Assembly: GCA_951406725.2 (NCBI GenBank)
Contig: OX597837.1
Coordinates: forward strand, 12,772,001 to 12,836,000
Direction of reading: 5' to 3'
Source of the DNA: Octopus vulgaris
Taxonomy: Eukaryota
Length of the DNA stretch: 64,000 bases
Shown piece after piece: positions 25,918-39,085 of the stretch. Below the pieces are notes generated by a model, which saw only the letters and a list, made by a program, of their open reading frames with translations, did not search any database and had not been told where the DNA came from. Made by a program: the position numbers and the translations under genes. The stretch's first letter is position 1; the number at the start of each line of letters is the position of its first letter.

Positions 25918-27390
25918 ATGTCGAATTTTACCAGTTGCATTAAGCGTCATTGTTCATGTCGATGGAGATTATGTTATGTCTGTGCTACCGCTTTTCTTCT
26001 GCTACAAACTTTACGAGTTGACCTAAGCATGGCTTTTGTTTGTATGTTGAAAACACCTCATCGTACAACGGAGGATGTGAACTTTACAGCAAACAACCAA
26101 CGTTGTTCCGGTTTAAGTAATCATTCCGTAAACAGAGATTTTGAAGGGGAATTAGAATGGAGTGACACGTTACAAGCAAACATGTTGGCTGGGTATTTTT
26201 ATGGGTTTATAGCAACCAACATTTTGAGTGGTTTATTATCTGACAAATATGGTGGGAAAAGAGTTCTAGGAGGTTCACTTCTTTCGGCATCCATCCTGAC
26301 CATTCTTCACCCAAGTTTATCTCGCATTAGTGGTTACATTACTCTGGTTCTAAGGATATTAACAGGTGCAGTATCGGGGTTGCTATCACCAGCAATTCAC
26401 TCTTTATTTGGACGCTGGGGACCACCACAAGAGATAGGTCTGTTGATAGGTTTTGCATTTGCTGGTCAAATTCTAGGTAACATTATAGGCCTTTCAACAG
26501 CAGGTTACCTTTGTGTTTATGGATTTGATCATGGATGGGGTTCCATATTCTATGTATTTGGTGGGATATCGTTATTGTTTAGTTGTGTGTTGTTTTATGT
26601 TGTTTACGATAATCCAGACGTTCATCCCACTATCAGCGAAGAAGAACGTTCTTACTTAAACAAAACAATAAAATGTGAAAGAGTAGTCAGAAAAGTACCC
26701 TGGAAACGGCTGTTGACCTCACCGGCTGTCTGGGCAATCAACCTTGGTATGTTTGCTTATGCTTGGACCGATATATCTTTCCAGACATTGCTACCCCTTT
26801 ATATGAAAGAAGCCTTAAACGTTAAAACAACCTCTAATGGTGTAATGTCATCAGCCCCTTCGGTTGGACAAATCATAGCTCTACCGCTGTGTGGAAAATT
26901 TGCAGACTTTATACGTTCGAAGAAATGTCTGTCAACTCGCTCTGTTCGGATTTTATTCCAAATATTTGCTCTGATTGTTTCGGCAGGTCTGCTGGTTGTG
27001 ATAGGATTCCTCAGATGTGACCAAACCATTCTAATAACTATCTTATTGTTTCTCAGTGGAATAATAATATCATTTACCAGTGGCGGTGTTCTTGTCAACA
27101 ATAGTGACATTGCTCCAAGTTATGCTGGTATTGTGTTTGGAATCGCGAACACTTTCGCCTCAACGTCGGGCAGTATTAGTTCCTTAACTACAAAAGCTCT
27201 CACCCCAAACGGTACACTCGAAGAATGGCAGATCGTGCTTGCCTTATGCGCTGCTATATGTGTATCTGGTGCGATATTATTTGCAATATTGGTAAAAGCT
27301 GAGATCCAAGACTGGGCAATTTCTGAAGGGTCAGGGTCATCTGTTCATCCCAGCGGCACAAACAGAAATGTAGCGGCTAAACTAGTTTAG
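25918..27390 (+). CDS. Sialin-like SLC17 family MFS transporter, copy 4 (490 aa, intronless CDS)
   Basis: SLC17 motifs; ATG 25918 aligned to paralogs. Confidence 0.93.
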   Translation: MSNFTSCIKRHCSCRWRLCYVCATAFLLLQTLRVDLSMAFVCMLKTPHRTTEDVNFTANNQRCSGLSNHSVNRDFEGELEWSDTLQANMLAGYFYGFIATNILSGLLSDKYGGKRVLGGSLLSASILTILHPSLSRISGYITLVLRILTGAVSGLLSPAIHSLFGRWGPPQEIGLLIGFAFAGQILGNIIGLSTAGYLCVYGFDHGWGSIFYVFGGISLLFSCVLFYVVYDNPDVHPTISEEERSYLNKTIKCERVVRKVPWKRLLTSPAVWAINLGMFAYAWTDISFQTLLPLYMKEALNVKTTSNGVMSSAPSVGQIIALPLCGKFADFIRSKKCLSTRSVRILFQIFALIVSAGLLVVIGFLRCDQTILITILLFLSGIIISFTSGGVLVNNSDIAPSYAGIVFGIANTFASTSGSISSLTTKALTPNGTLEEWQIVLALCAAICVSGAILFAILVKAEIQDWAISEGSGSSVHPSGTNRNVAAKLV

Positions 27391-27646
27391 TGAAATATTT
27401 TGCTAGATTGCTTGTGGCCTCATTATTATCACTTACTGTTACATAGGTGTGTATTTATTCTTTCTTTAATACATATATAGAGATAGGTAGGTAGATAGAT
27501 AGATAGACAGATACATACATACATACATACATACATACATACATACATACATACATACATACATACATACATACATACATACATGGATAGACAGATATAC
27601 ATATATGTAAGTATATATATATATATAAATATATATATATTATATT

Positions 27647-29287
27647 AAATTAGAGACAAAACCACTATTAGGCAAATCAAACAATGAAAGACTTAAGCCA
27701 ATACATATGATTAATTTATATTATTTAAATATGTAACAATTATCAAAAAATATAATTAATATCCACTACGATCGTTTCCTGCCTGCTGTCTTTAAATTTT
27801 TGAGTCGCAGTCATTCATCAGGTGGTTTAAATATCTAAAATATAATCAATATTTTTAAGATATAAATAATATATATAATATAATAATTTTACTTATAATA
27901 AACTCTATTATTAAATATAATTATATCGAAATCGACTATAATGTTAAATATTAACTTTAATTTATAAGGTAGAAAACCCATATTCTAATATCAATATCAG
28001 TCTATATCTAATTACATAAATATTTAAAATGACTAATATATATATAAATTATCAATGAAAATATATATAAATATTATAATCAAGATCTAAAATAATCTCT
28101 ATAAACAATTGTATATAATGAAAACTTAATAAATTTAATTTTTCATATTTAAAGATGAAATAGCTAATTTCAAAATACAAATAAAGTAACTTAAACTGAC
28201 TTTCGAAATCTTATGTAAAATACTTATAGAAATATTCAATTCTTAGTAATATAGTATTAAATAAATACTATAAGTACTATAAACATAATTATGAATGGGA
28301 ATTATTATCTAATATAAATTATGCTATTAAATAAGACATGGCCTAGACCATCTTTAGTCGAAACATATCTAATTTTATCAAAGTTTATCTAATTTATTTA
28401 ATATCTAATAATATAGAAAATTACGATAATTAGATCATTACATAAACAACAATATTTACATAATGAGAATATTATTACTCCAAAGGCTTATACAATATTA
28501 AAAATTAACAATTTGAAGATCTTAAAAGATACATACTTTTCTTGGCGAGTTTTAAGCAATGAACTATAATTTTGAATCAAAAAACGCCTTATACAGCGTT
28601 TAAAAGAATACTCAAGGAATTACGTTATTAGCAAAAAGAAATAGAATAAATTGTTGAGGAATTCTTTGCGCGTGAGGAACCTACGTTAATTAAAGATTAT
28701 GAATGGAAAATTATATGTTTATCATTGTAAAAATAATGAATTCACAAATAAAGAATAAAATCTCTCTATACTATAATATTTATTAATAAAATAACTATGA
28801 TAAATGAAACTTAATACAAAATAAATTAAATGATTAAAAACCACTTATTAAATATATTCTAAAAATCTATAAGATTAATAAATACATAAAAATAAATTTA
28901 TATAGTAACCCCACTACATATTATAAAATATTTCCCATACCCTTATATCATAAGCTAAAATTAGTGATCATAACAAATCTATATATACTAATCAAAATTT
29001 GTAGTATAACCATACATACGTATATATAAATATATAAGAAAATATCCATACATATACATATACATATACATATATACACATATACACATATACATACATA
29101 TACATATACATACACATATACACATACATACTCACATACATTCATATACATATATACACACATATATACACACACTTACACCCATACACATATGCACACT
29201 CATACATATATGTACATACATACAATACTCAATATATACACTTACACCAATATATACACACCCACATACATACAAATAAATAAATGC

Positions 29288-29335
<48 letters not shown>

Positions 29336-31320
29336 TTCATCATCAAATACACATATATACAAACACACACATCCACATAAATTATAAATAAATATATATA
29401 TATAAATGTCTATAATCATACTACAATACCTAATAGAGGTAAATATTAAGTTAAATCTAAAAAATTAATCTACTAATCTATACTTCTATATCAAATAAAA
29501 TGGATTAAGTAAACAACTAAATAAAACTATTTCAAATATAAAGAGATTACATACAAATAGATTAATATAACAAAATTATAATTTAACGAAATTATAATAG
29601 AAATATAACAAAAATTTAACAAAATTTATAAAATAAATAAAATTGTAACTTACCAGACTCAATATTCAATAAACCATTAAATATTTATTATTCAGTAATA
29701 AAACATTTATTAATACAATGAAAAACCATCTATAATCTAACTATAATTAAAAACAGAACCTAAATAACTAAAATAAACTATTATAATATGTACTACAAGT
29801 CACTTAGTATATTTATAATACTAGAACATAAACCAATAAATAGGGAGCTAATTAAGGCTAATAAATAATTATTATTTATCAAGAAACTTATTATATAAGT
29901 AAAGTAACTTGTGGCTGCATTTTATTTTGCGCTCATCAGAGGTATTCAATAAATTATCATGCTTATAAAATAAAATTTCCTTAAACTCATTAGAGCACAA
30001 ATAACAAAAATTCACTCCTATAGTATATGATTTAGTTTTACTAATTATTTCCCAAGATAAATTATAATTAATATTTTGGGATTTAAGTCTCCAAATGTAC
30101 TTGCTAAGTCCAGTGGAGTTGATTAAGTTTTTATTTTTAAAAGAATTCAAATGTTGTGCGATTCTTAATTTTATTTTAGAGGAAGTGGACCCTATATATA
30201 TCGCTTTTGAGTTATTATTATTCTTAATATTCTTTTCATGTAATGTAACTATACATTTATACACTACATCATTAATATCACATTTATTATTTAATTTACA
30301 TTTAGATTTATCTCTACATGTACAGTTAATTAGTGTCTTGTCTCTATTATAGGTATTATTAAATAATTTATTTTTATAAAAATTATTCAGTTTAAATTTG
30401 TTAAAAGAAGAAATAATGTTACCTACACTATTAGTGGTGGAATAACCTACTCCAAAATTATTACTAGAGAAAATGTTTTTATATTTACGATTATCTCGAA
30501 TAAATAGTTCAATAATATCTAAAATATCTTTAATAATGTTCGTTTTAACTTGAGCACCATAAGGAACTATTAACCAAATTTTATTCTTATTTACCTTCTT
30601 ATTATTAAAACTGTCATTATTATTGTTGTAATTATATTTCTTTATCATATTAATATTATTATTATTATCAGATTTATATTTATATACAACATTTAAAGAA
30701 TTATTAAAGTTATTAATTTTATTTTTATTTTTATTCTTATTTTTATTTATATTATTTTTATTTTTATAATTTCTAATATTTTTACCACTATTACTAACAA
30801 AATTATTATAATTATTATTAATATTTTTATCTCTAAAATTATTAGTTATATCTTTATCATTATTTTTAATATAAAATTTAATATTACTATTATAACCTGC
30901 CTCTCTAAGGGCCTCATTATAATAAGGAGCATGTTTATTAAAAATCTCTATATCATAAGAAAGTAATGATATACGTTTACTTATATTATTAATCAACGAT
31001 TTTTTAATTGCTGGTGGGTGATTACTATTAAGATTTATATATCTAAGGTTCTCATTAAGTTTATGATATGGTTGTGTTTTACCTGTAATTATATTAAAAT
31101 TAACATCTAAATAATTAACATTAAAATTCTCATTATATATAGTGATACTTAAACCATATCTTCTAAAGAAACTATAAAGTTTTTTCTTATATACTTCTAA
31201 GTTCCTATTAGTGCAATTCTTAGTAATTAGTAGGTCATCCCTATATAAACCACCTTCTATCTTTAAATTTTCTAATTGGAGTTCAGATAAAAGATAAATA
31301 CCTACTAAATCCGGAAAGCA
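27647..31320 (-). mobile_element. 5'-truncated Penelope-like retroelement (Naiad-like) with long AT-rich 3' region
   Basis: ORF 29872-31323 has RT GLYRDD, NYLDV, YINLNSNHPP, CTCR..C...C linker, GIY-YIG (VVYKC...YIGST...RIAQH) and C.LC...CSH; terminus sits in (TA)n with a hammerhead motif. Confidence 0.85.
27763..27825 (-). ncRNA. Type I hammerhead ribozyme motif near the PLE terminus
   Basis: Minus strand: CCAC-CTGATGA-atgactgc...gcaggcag-GAAA-CGATCG-TA-GTGG; palindromic stem III ACGATCGT; stem II imperfect. Confidence 0.65.
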
Positions 31321-31323
31321 CAA
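29872..31323 (-). CDS. Penelope-like RT C-terminal half plus GIY-YIG endonuclease (truncated, Asn-rich insertion)
   Basis: Motifs as listed for the element; N-terminal RT motifs are missing. Confidence 0.75.
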   Translation of the reverse strand: MCFPDLVGIYLLSELQLENLKIEGGLYRDDLLITKNCTNRNLEVYKKKLYSFFRRYGLSITIYNENFNVNYLDVNFNIITGKTQPYHKLNENLRYINLNSNHPPAIKKSLINNISKRISLLSYDIEIFNKHAPYYNEALREAGYNSNIKFYIKNNDKDITNNFRDKNINNNYNNFVSNSGKNIRNYKNKNNINKNKNKNKNKINNFNNSLNVVYKYKSDNNNNINMIKKYNYNNNNDSFNNKKVNKNKIWLIVPYGAQVKTNIIKDILDIIELFIRDNRKYKNIFSSNNFGVGYSTTNSVGNIISSFNKFKLNNFYKNKLFNNTYNRDKTLINCTCRDKSKCKLNNKCDINDVVYKCIVTLHEKNIKNNNNSKAIYIGSTSSKIKLRIAQHLNSFKNKNLINSTGLSKYIWRLKSQNINYNLSWEIISKTKSYTIGVNFCYLCSNEFKEILFYKHDNLLNTSDERKIKCSHKLLYLYNKFLDK

Positions 31324-31416
31324 TCCCTATCTATAATGGAATAAATGTGGTGATAATTTTTGCATCCGGTACTAAGGCAGCTGAAATAAAGTTATAATGA
31401 AAGGAAACCATAAATG

Positions 31417-31660
31417 AGAAGAAGAAGAAGAAGAAGAAGAAGAAGAAGAAGAAGGAGGAGGAGGAGGAGGAGAAGAAGAAGAAGAAGAAGAAGAAGAAGA
31501 AGAAGAAGAATGAGAAGAATGAGAAGAAGAAGAAGAAGAAGAAGAAGAAGAATTAGAAGAATGAGAAGAAGAAGAAGGAGAAGAAGAAGAAGAAGAAGAA
31601 GAAGAAGAAGAAGAAGAAGAAGAAGAAGAAGAAGAAGAAGAAGAAGAAGAAGAAGAAGGA
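31417..31660. repeat. (AGA)n microsatellite
   Basis: Direct inspection; explains the poly-Arg ORF. Confidence 0.95.
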
Positions 31661-32523
31661 GACCGACAACGACAAAAGTTTTATTATAGTTATAATAATA
31701 GCGGTTCCACCAACAACCATGGCGACTGCACCAGATTAAGCAGCACCCAAGAAATAGGAATATTTACTCTGTCACAAATACTACTAACATGACTAATATT
31801 AACAATAATAGCGTATATAATACTAATAACACCTTGGAATGTAACAAATACAAGGGATATGAATGTAATGGACCCAATTCAACCGGTGATAGATTTCTTA
31901 GTCATACCAATAACAGCACACGTAATACAAAGGATCCTAAACCAAAAAGCTCCGTGTGTAACTGCGAAAATACCTTAAATGTCCATTGCAAAACAACTGC
32001 AGATGATTCAATTTCGTTTATAAGTGCACGGTCCTTAACAAACAGCAAAACTCTATCAAGGTATAATCGGAGCAAACGTCAATTTTAAACGTCGAGACTC
32101 AGTTCACCTGAGCTCTTTTAAATTCAAGTAAACACAAGAAATCTATATCCACTGTAAATCTACCTTGAATTAATATTTACTTACTTTGTTTTATTTTATT
32201 GTTTTTAACCTTTTATAATCACTTTATTATTCTTCTAGCAATCCAAATATTATCTTATTTAAATTAAATACTATTTAAATTAAATACTGTTTAAATTGAA
32301 TTTATATATTTACTTCATTTTATTTCATTTTGTTTTAATTTGTTACACATCACTTTATTATTTAGCCAACCTACAACTTAACATGTTCTTCGCTCTTCTC
32401 TCAACTTTCAGTTTAAATACTACTTATTTATAGTTACAATCCCCCAATCTCTCAGAACCCTATATAAGCACGTTGGCTTTAACCCTGACCCGAGTTACCT
32501 CTCTACCCTATAGTTTATTTTTC

Positions 32524-32572
<49 letters not shown>

Positions 32573-32730
32573 GTTTATGTCTATGTTTTCCAGTTTCAGC
32601 TCTTGAGCTGTGGCCATGCTGGGGCACCGCCATTGTAATGATCCTTCCGCATATACATATATGTACATACATATAAAGAGATATTTTTTCTCTCCGTGTG
32701 TGAGAGAGAGAGAGAGAATGTGTGTGTGTG

Positions 32731-32771
<41 letters not shown>

Positions 32772-32816
32772 TAGAGTGTGTGTGTGTGTGTGTGTGTGTT
32801 AGTGTGTGTGTGTGTG

Positions 32817-32853
<37 letters not shown>

Positions 32854-33152
32854 TGATAAATATTCATAACAAATGATCTGGTTGTTTACATTGATGTCAA
32901 AAATGTGCCACGGAAAATTTTATCTGGGACACGAGTAATTTATTCATTAACACGAATTCACATCCGCTTGCGCAAGCGCACCGACTCCATACGCAACAAG
33001 ACCTTTTCTGATCATTATGTTTGTGAAAAACAAATTTGAGAAGGTCAGATGGATCGTTTGTCACTGGCGATTAGAAACTCAACCTTGCGCAATTGGCCAT
33101 TACTTTATGTACTGGAAGATTATACACTGTGAAGAGACTCATACGTAGGTTA

Positions 33153-33642
33153 CGCTGTGGTAATCCGGATTAACGGCGACGAAAACTGCCAGGCGCTGTA
33201 CTAATCCGGATTAACAACGACGAAAACTGCTAGACGCTGTACTAATCTGGATTAACAACGACGAAAACTGCCAGGCGCTGTAACTATCCAGATTAACAAC
33301 GACGAAAACTGCTAGGCGCTGTAGTAATCTGGATTAACAACGACGAAAGCTGCCAGGCGCTGTACTAATCCGGATTAACAACGACGAAAACTGCTAGGCG
33401 CTGTACTAATCCGGATTAACAACGACGAAAGCTGCCAGGCGCTGTACTAATCCGGATTAACAACGACGAAAACTGCTAGGCGCTGTACTAATCCGGATTA
33501 ACAACGACGAAAACTGCCAGGCGCTGTAGTAATCTGGATTAACAACGACGAAAACTGCTAGGCGCTGTACTAATCCGGATTAACAACGACGAAAACTGCT
33601 AGGCGCTGTACTAATCCGGATTAACAACGACGAAAACTGCCA
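33153..33642. repeat. 41-bp minisatellite, 12 copies, at the putative exon 1 of copy 5
   Basis: gaaa(a/g)ctgc register at 33181+41n through 33632. Confidence 0.92.
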
Positions 33643-33696
33643 TTGTATATCAGTTCCCAGGATAAACAAGATGAAGCTCACAAACAAACTGTAAGT
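33638..33696 (+). other. 3' end of putative non-coding exon 1 of copy 5 (donor AACT|GTAAGT, GT at 33691)
   Basis: gccattgtata..ccagga..acaaacaaact|gtaagta aligns with gccattgtata..ccagga..acaaagaaacg|gtaagta of copies 3 and 4. Confidence 0.55.
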
Positions 33697-33747
33697 ATAA
33701 TAAAACTCGCAGGCACGCGCATGCGCAGAAATGTCTAAATGAATACA

Positions 33748-33781
<34 letters not shown>

Positions 33782-34494
33782 TGAGTGTCTTTATGTCTGT
33801 CTTTGTCTCTCTTCACCGATGTTGGTCTCCTTACGTCTCGATAACTTAGCAGTTCGACAATTGGTACCGATACAGTAAGTACTCGGGTTTTAAAATAAAA
33901 GTTCTTCTATGACCGATTCGCTCGACTAAAATGCCTCAAGGCGGTGCCCCAGCATGGCCACACATCTCATGACTGAAACAAATAAAACATAAAAGATATA
34001 TGTGTATGTGTGTATATATACATAGACAGACACACAGAATTTTATAGAATATATGTATGTGTGTATGTATGTATGTATGTATGTATGTATGTATGTATGC
34101 ATGTATAGATGCAGGTTTGAAGATATGTAGGTCGTCGGTAGGACGATAGATGAAAATATTTTCATTTTTAATATTTAATATTTTCATCTTGTTCTTCACT
34201 ATTTCTCCATCTTTTTTTCTGTCTCTCTCTTCGCTCCTTCGCCGTTCTCCTTCGCACCTCTTCTTCTCTTTCTTTCCTTCTCTCAATTCCTCTGCCACCG
34301 TCTCCACCACTGCGAGCCAAGCCCGTCATTCTTCCATTTTATTCTGTCTTTCCGTTTGATAACTTTTCTTCCTTCCTTGTTCCCTACTACTTTGCTACTG
34401 TCGCTCTGGGGGCTCATTGACTGTCGGTTTCTCTGAATCTGAGCGAAAGGCCAACGCCCACTTGTGTTTTTCCTTCAATATTTATGTATTTATA

Positions 34495-35905
34495 AAGGCG
34501 GCGAGCTGGCAGGATCGTTAGCACGACGGGCGAAATGCTTAGCCGTATTTCGTCTGTCGTTACGTTCTGAGTTCAAATTCCACCGAGGTCGACATTGCCT
34601 TTCATCCTTTCGGGGTCGATCAAATAAGTACCAGTTACACACTGGCGTCGATATAATCGACTTAATCCGTTTGTCTGTCCTCTCTGCGTTTAGCCCCTTG
34701 TGAGTAGTAAAATAAATAGGTATTTCGTCTGTCGTTACGTTCTGAGTTCAAATTCCGCCGAGGTCCACTTTGCCTTTCATCCTTTCGGGGTCGATTAAAT
34801 AAGTACCAGTTACACACTGGCGTCGATGTAATCGACTTAATACCTATGTCTGTCCTTGTTTGTCCTCTCTGCGTTTAGCCACTTGTGGGTAGTAAAAGAA
34901 ATAGGTATTTCGTCTGTCGTTACGTTCTGAGTTCAAATTCCGCCGAGGTTCACTTTGCCTTTCATCCTTTCGGGGTCGATTAAATAAGTACCAGTTACAC
35001 ACTGGCGTCGATATAATCGACTTAATCCGTTTGTCTGTCCTCTCTGCGTTTAGCCCCTTGTGAGTAGTAAAATAAATAGGTATTTCGTCTGTCGTTACGT
35101 TCTGAGTTCAAATTCCGCCGAGGTCCACTTTGCCTTTCATCCTTTCGGGGTCGATTAAATAAGTACCAGTTACACACTGGCGTCGATGTAATCGACTTAA
35201 TACCTATGTCTGTCCTTGTTTGTCCTCTCTGCGTTTAGCCCCTTGTGGGTAGTAAAAGAAATAGGTATTTCGTCTGTCGTTACGTTCTGAGTTCAAATTC
35301 CGCCGAGGTCCACTTTGCCTTTCATCCTTTCGGGGTCGATTAAATAAGTACCAGTTACACACTGGCGTCGATGTAATCGACTTAATACCTATGTCTGTCC
35401 TTGTTTGTCCTCTCTGCGTTTAGCCCCTTGTGGGTAGTAAAAGAAATAGGTATTTCGTCTGTCGTTACGTTCTGAGTTCAAATTCCGCCGAGGTCCACTT
35501 TGCCTTTCATCCTTTCGGGGTCGATTAAATAAGTACCAGTTACACACTGGCGTCGATGTAATCGACTTAATACCTATGTCTGTCCTTGTTTGTCCTCTCT
35601 GCGTTTAGCCCCTTGTGGGTAGTAAAAGAAATAGGTATTTCGTCTGTCGTTACGTTCTGAGTTCAAATTCCGCCGAGGTCCACTTTGCCTTTCATCCTTT
35701 CGGGGTCGATTAAATAAGTACCAGTTACACACTGGCGTCGATGTAATCGACTTAATACCTATGTCTGTCCTTGTTTGTCCTCTCTGCGTTTAGCCCCTTG
35801 TGGGTAGTAAAAGAAATAGGTATTTCGTCTGTCGTTACGTTCTGAGTTCAAATTCCGCCGAGGTCCACTTTGCCTTTCATCCTTTCGGGGTCGATTAAAT
35901 AAGTA
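34495..35905 (+). repeat. SINE family C head followed by 8 tandem bodies (175/185-bp units)
   Basis: gtatttcgtctgtcgttacg at 34545, 34720, 34905, 35080, 35265, 35450, 35635, 35820; dispersed copies at 46890-47282(-), 59240-59450, 61875-62200. Confidence 0.9.
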
Positions 35906-36870
35906 AATAATTAAGTAAAGTACAAAATAATAAATAAATAATATATAATTGGTAAAAAGACGTATTTTGTGGCTAGATTTTCAAACTGATAACAGTAAAA
36001 TCAATTTATTAATGAAAATGACGAAATATATTTAAGCTTCTAAAATCAAAAAATAAAAGAACTACAAAACTATAAATGACTATTTACTAGAAAATTTAAA
36101 GTCCAAATAATTATTACGTACATTAATAAATTTATTCTATTTTTTACACAACGCCTTTACGAGTTAAATTTCTTATAAACGCTAAGTCCTGCGTTTTTAC
36201 CTTTAAAATTCAGTTTTAAAATGTCCTTCGATAAGATAAGTAACGTATTTATATAACAATATTATCGTGTGAATATGTTATCAGATGGTACCTACAGTGA
36301 GACAGGCATTGTGAAATCACGTGTGAAAATAAGAAAGAAAGCTAGCAGTCCTAGCTGTGGGCAGTTTACAAGCTGACTGCCCAAAGAGAAAAAGAGGCTG
36401 AGTCTTGTCAGTTGAGCTCCTTATATGCCTTTTATCACTTCCGTTATCTCACGTGCTTGGTAAGAGTTCTAGTTATTTCGTTATGTATCTGAAGGGGTAA
36501 CTGCTTTGAAGTTGGCAAAGAGAAATGCTGTGGTATGGCTATGGCGTCAATCCGTCACAGTCCTAAACAAAAACCGAGCTTCTCTCAGCTTGCAGCCACA
36601 TACGTAATTACTTGCAGGTCAACTTTGAAGAAGATCCACCTCTGGATACCTGACGAAAAACGAATGTCGCCAACAACACGTAACCAATCACGTGTCAAAC
36701 CACATGACTATCCCCACAGAAAACCACATAACAGCTTCAGGTATCAGAAATAACAGCGGTTTACCAAGAAATCTATGTGGTAGACTCCACACACTTCTCA
36801 TAAATGTTATAAATAATTAATCGACTGAAGAGTTCTGTATGTGTGTACGCGAGTTCGTATGTGTGTGTAC

Positions 36871-36920
<50 letters not shown>

Positions 36921-37025
36921 ATGTGTGTGTGTGTGTTTCTATAAGAGTACATATAAACGATGCAATTATTTAACGACTCTACTGCTATGTTAACATTGTT
37001 TTGTTTCAGTGCGATACACTACAGC

Positions 37026-37092
<67 letters not shown>

Positions 37093-37431
37093 GTATGCCT
37101 GTGTGTATGTGTTTGCGTCTGTGTTAGTGTGTGTATGTGTGTGCTTGTGTTCAGTGTGACAGAATATGCCTAGAAATTTTAGCCAACACTGAAAGTACAG
37201 CCTAATCTCTCATGCGTCTGACCCTAAATACAAAATATTCCTGGGCAGCGAATATGGAATCAACTGGATTAGCTTTAATATTCTTGCGAGATTCCATCAA
37301 CGACTGAATGTTCTCTTTAACTGTACACGGAGATGCTGACTATCGTGTGTTCTCCTATCATAAACGACAAATGGGGGTTCCTGAATGTCAGACGATTCGT
37401 TTATAGTGATCAAAGGTTTATGGTGTACACA

Positions 37432-37764
37432 GTGGAGGCGCAATGGCCCAGTGGTTAGGGCAGCGGACTCGCGGTCGTAGGATCGCGGTTTCGATTCCCA
37501 GACCGGGCGTTGTGAGTGTTTATTGAGCGAAAACACCTAAAAAAGCTCCACGAGGCTCCGGCAGGGGGTGGTGATCCCTGCTGTACTCTTTCACCACAAC
37601 TTTCTCTCACTCTTACTTCCTGTTTCTGTTGTACCTGTATTTCAAAGGGCCGCCCTTGTCACTCTTTGTGTCACTCTCTTACACGTTAATTTCAAGAGCA
37701 GGCTGTTCCGTTGATCGGATCAACCGGAACCCTCGTCGTCGTAACCGACGGAGTGCTTCCATTC
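37432..37764 (+). mobile_element. tRNA-derived SINE family A (internally deleted) with 12-bp TSD atggtgtacaca
   Basis: A-box tggcccagtggttagg, B-box ggtttcgattccc; TSD at 37420-37431 and 37765-37776. Confidence 0.88.
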
Positions 37765-39085
37765 ATGGTGTACACATAAGCAAATATGGAAAATAATACG
37801 TGCGCGCGCACAATCCACGCACATACGAACACACATGCGCACACACAAACACACGCACGCACACACAGGGCTCTAATCAATGACAAAATCTTGCATCAAT
37901 TAAAACGTACCCGCAAAATAAGAAGAACTATGAAAGTATATAATATCACAAACGCTATAAAACCGTCAGGGATATGATATTATCAGCCGTGTATGATAAC
38001 ATTATATGTATAAATTATCAATAATATTATCAACGTTATCGATTTTAGAAACCGTATTGATCCTAATGATTTACTATTGATTTCTTACATTTCAGAGAAT
38101 GCGCCACAATCGATTAATTCTTGCCTGAACTAAGAACACAAGGATACGTAAAGAAATATTCAAAGAACTTTATTTCACCAATTCTACTTCACAGACATTT
38201 TTCACTGAATGAATATTTCCTAAAGCTGGACTTCTGTTTTTGCCACAAGGAAAGGAGCACACAAAATTACTCAACACGGAATAGAAACTTCACAAAAGAC
38301 GCCACCACACAGTTATACTGCACTAATATAAAGGATAACTAGATAACGAATACATTCTGAAATGCAAATACAAGTTTCCTGGAGTTTACTACCAGTCTAT
38401 ATCGCAGCTTTACTGAGAAAATTCTTAAATAAATCAAGGCGGATTTGAACACGCATATTTCAATAACCAGTCAGTTACCACATTCCCTTAAATGCTTTCT
38501 AAAATAGCTATTAAGGCGTTATATTCACAGCAGACATAGAAGGAACTGGAAGACGCCATGTTGTAGTTTTCCCAAACATTAAAGTGTTTAAAAGAACCTT
38601 AGATTCCATGTTACTTGTGTCTTCCTGACACACCGCTGCGCCTTCTCAGTTAACTTTATTTCTCGATTGTAATCTTGTCTTGACGACAATTTCTAAGTAA
38701 AGCAGAAACGAAATATGTTATTAAATGAGCGTAACTGATGTGAATCGATAAATGGCATCCATGTTTAACGATAACAAATGGCAAATTATAACAATTACCG
38801 TGAAATATAAGCATACTAAAGGCAGCTTCTTCCTCATTTTTGAAAAACATATTTCATTCAATGGAAAACATATTTGAGACCCAAGCAAACGGCTTTTATC
38901 TGATGTGGTTATAACAAAGCAAACAATATGATGACCTAATCAAATAAATATGATGACCTAATCAAATAAATTACATTGCCTCAACTGTCTGTTAATATTT
39001 GTTTCAACATTTAGGATTTACATTAATCATCAATTGATATACTTTCAAACAAAGCATTGTAAGGATCGATAGAAAGGACGTAATA

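Noticed and set aside
31789-32088. 99-aa Asn/Thr-rich ORF next to the truncated PLE
   Set aside because: No recognisable motif; may be an inverted 5' piece of a retroelement, but this cannot be supported by eye
33153-33642. Regularly spaced repeats resembling a CRISPR array (also 1267-1462)
   Set aside because: Head-to-tail units with no unique spacers, no cas genes and a eukaryotic context; these are minisatellites
37434-37510. tRNA-like sequences (also 42102, 52690-52757, 5668, 34495)
   Set aside because: They continue into SINE bodies with tails and TSDs and lack a complete cloverleaf; SINE heads, not tRNA genes
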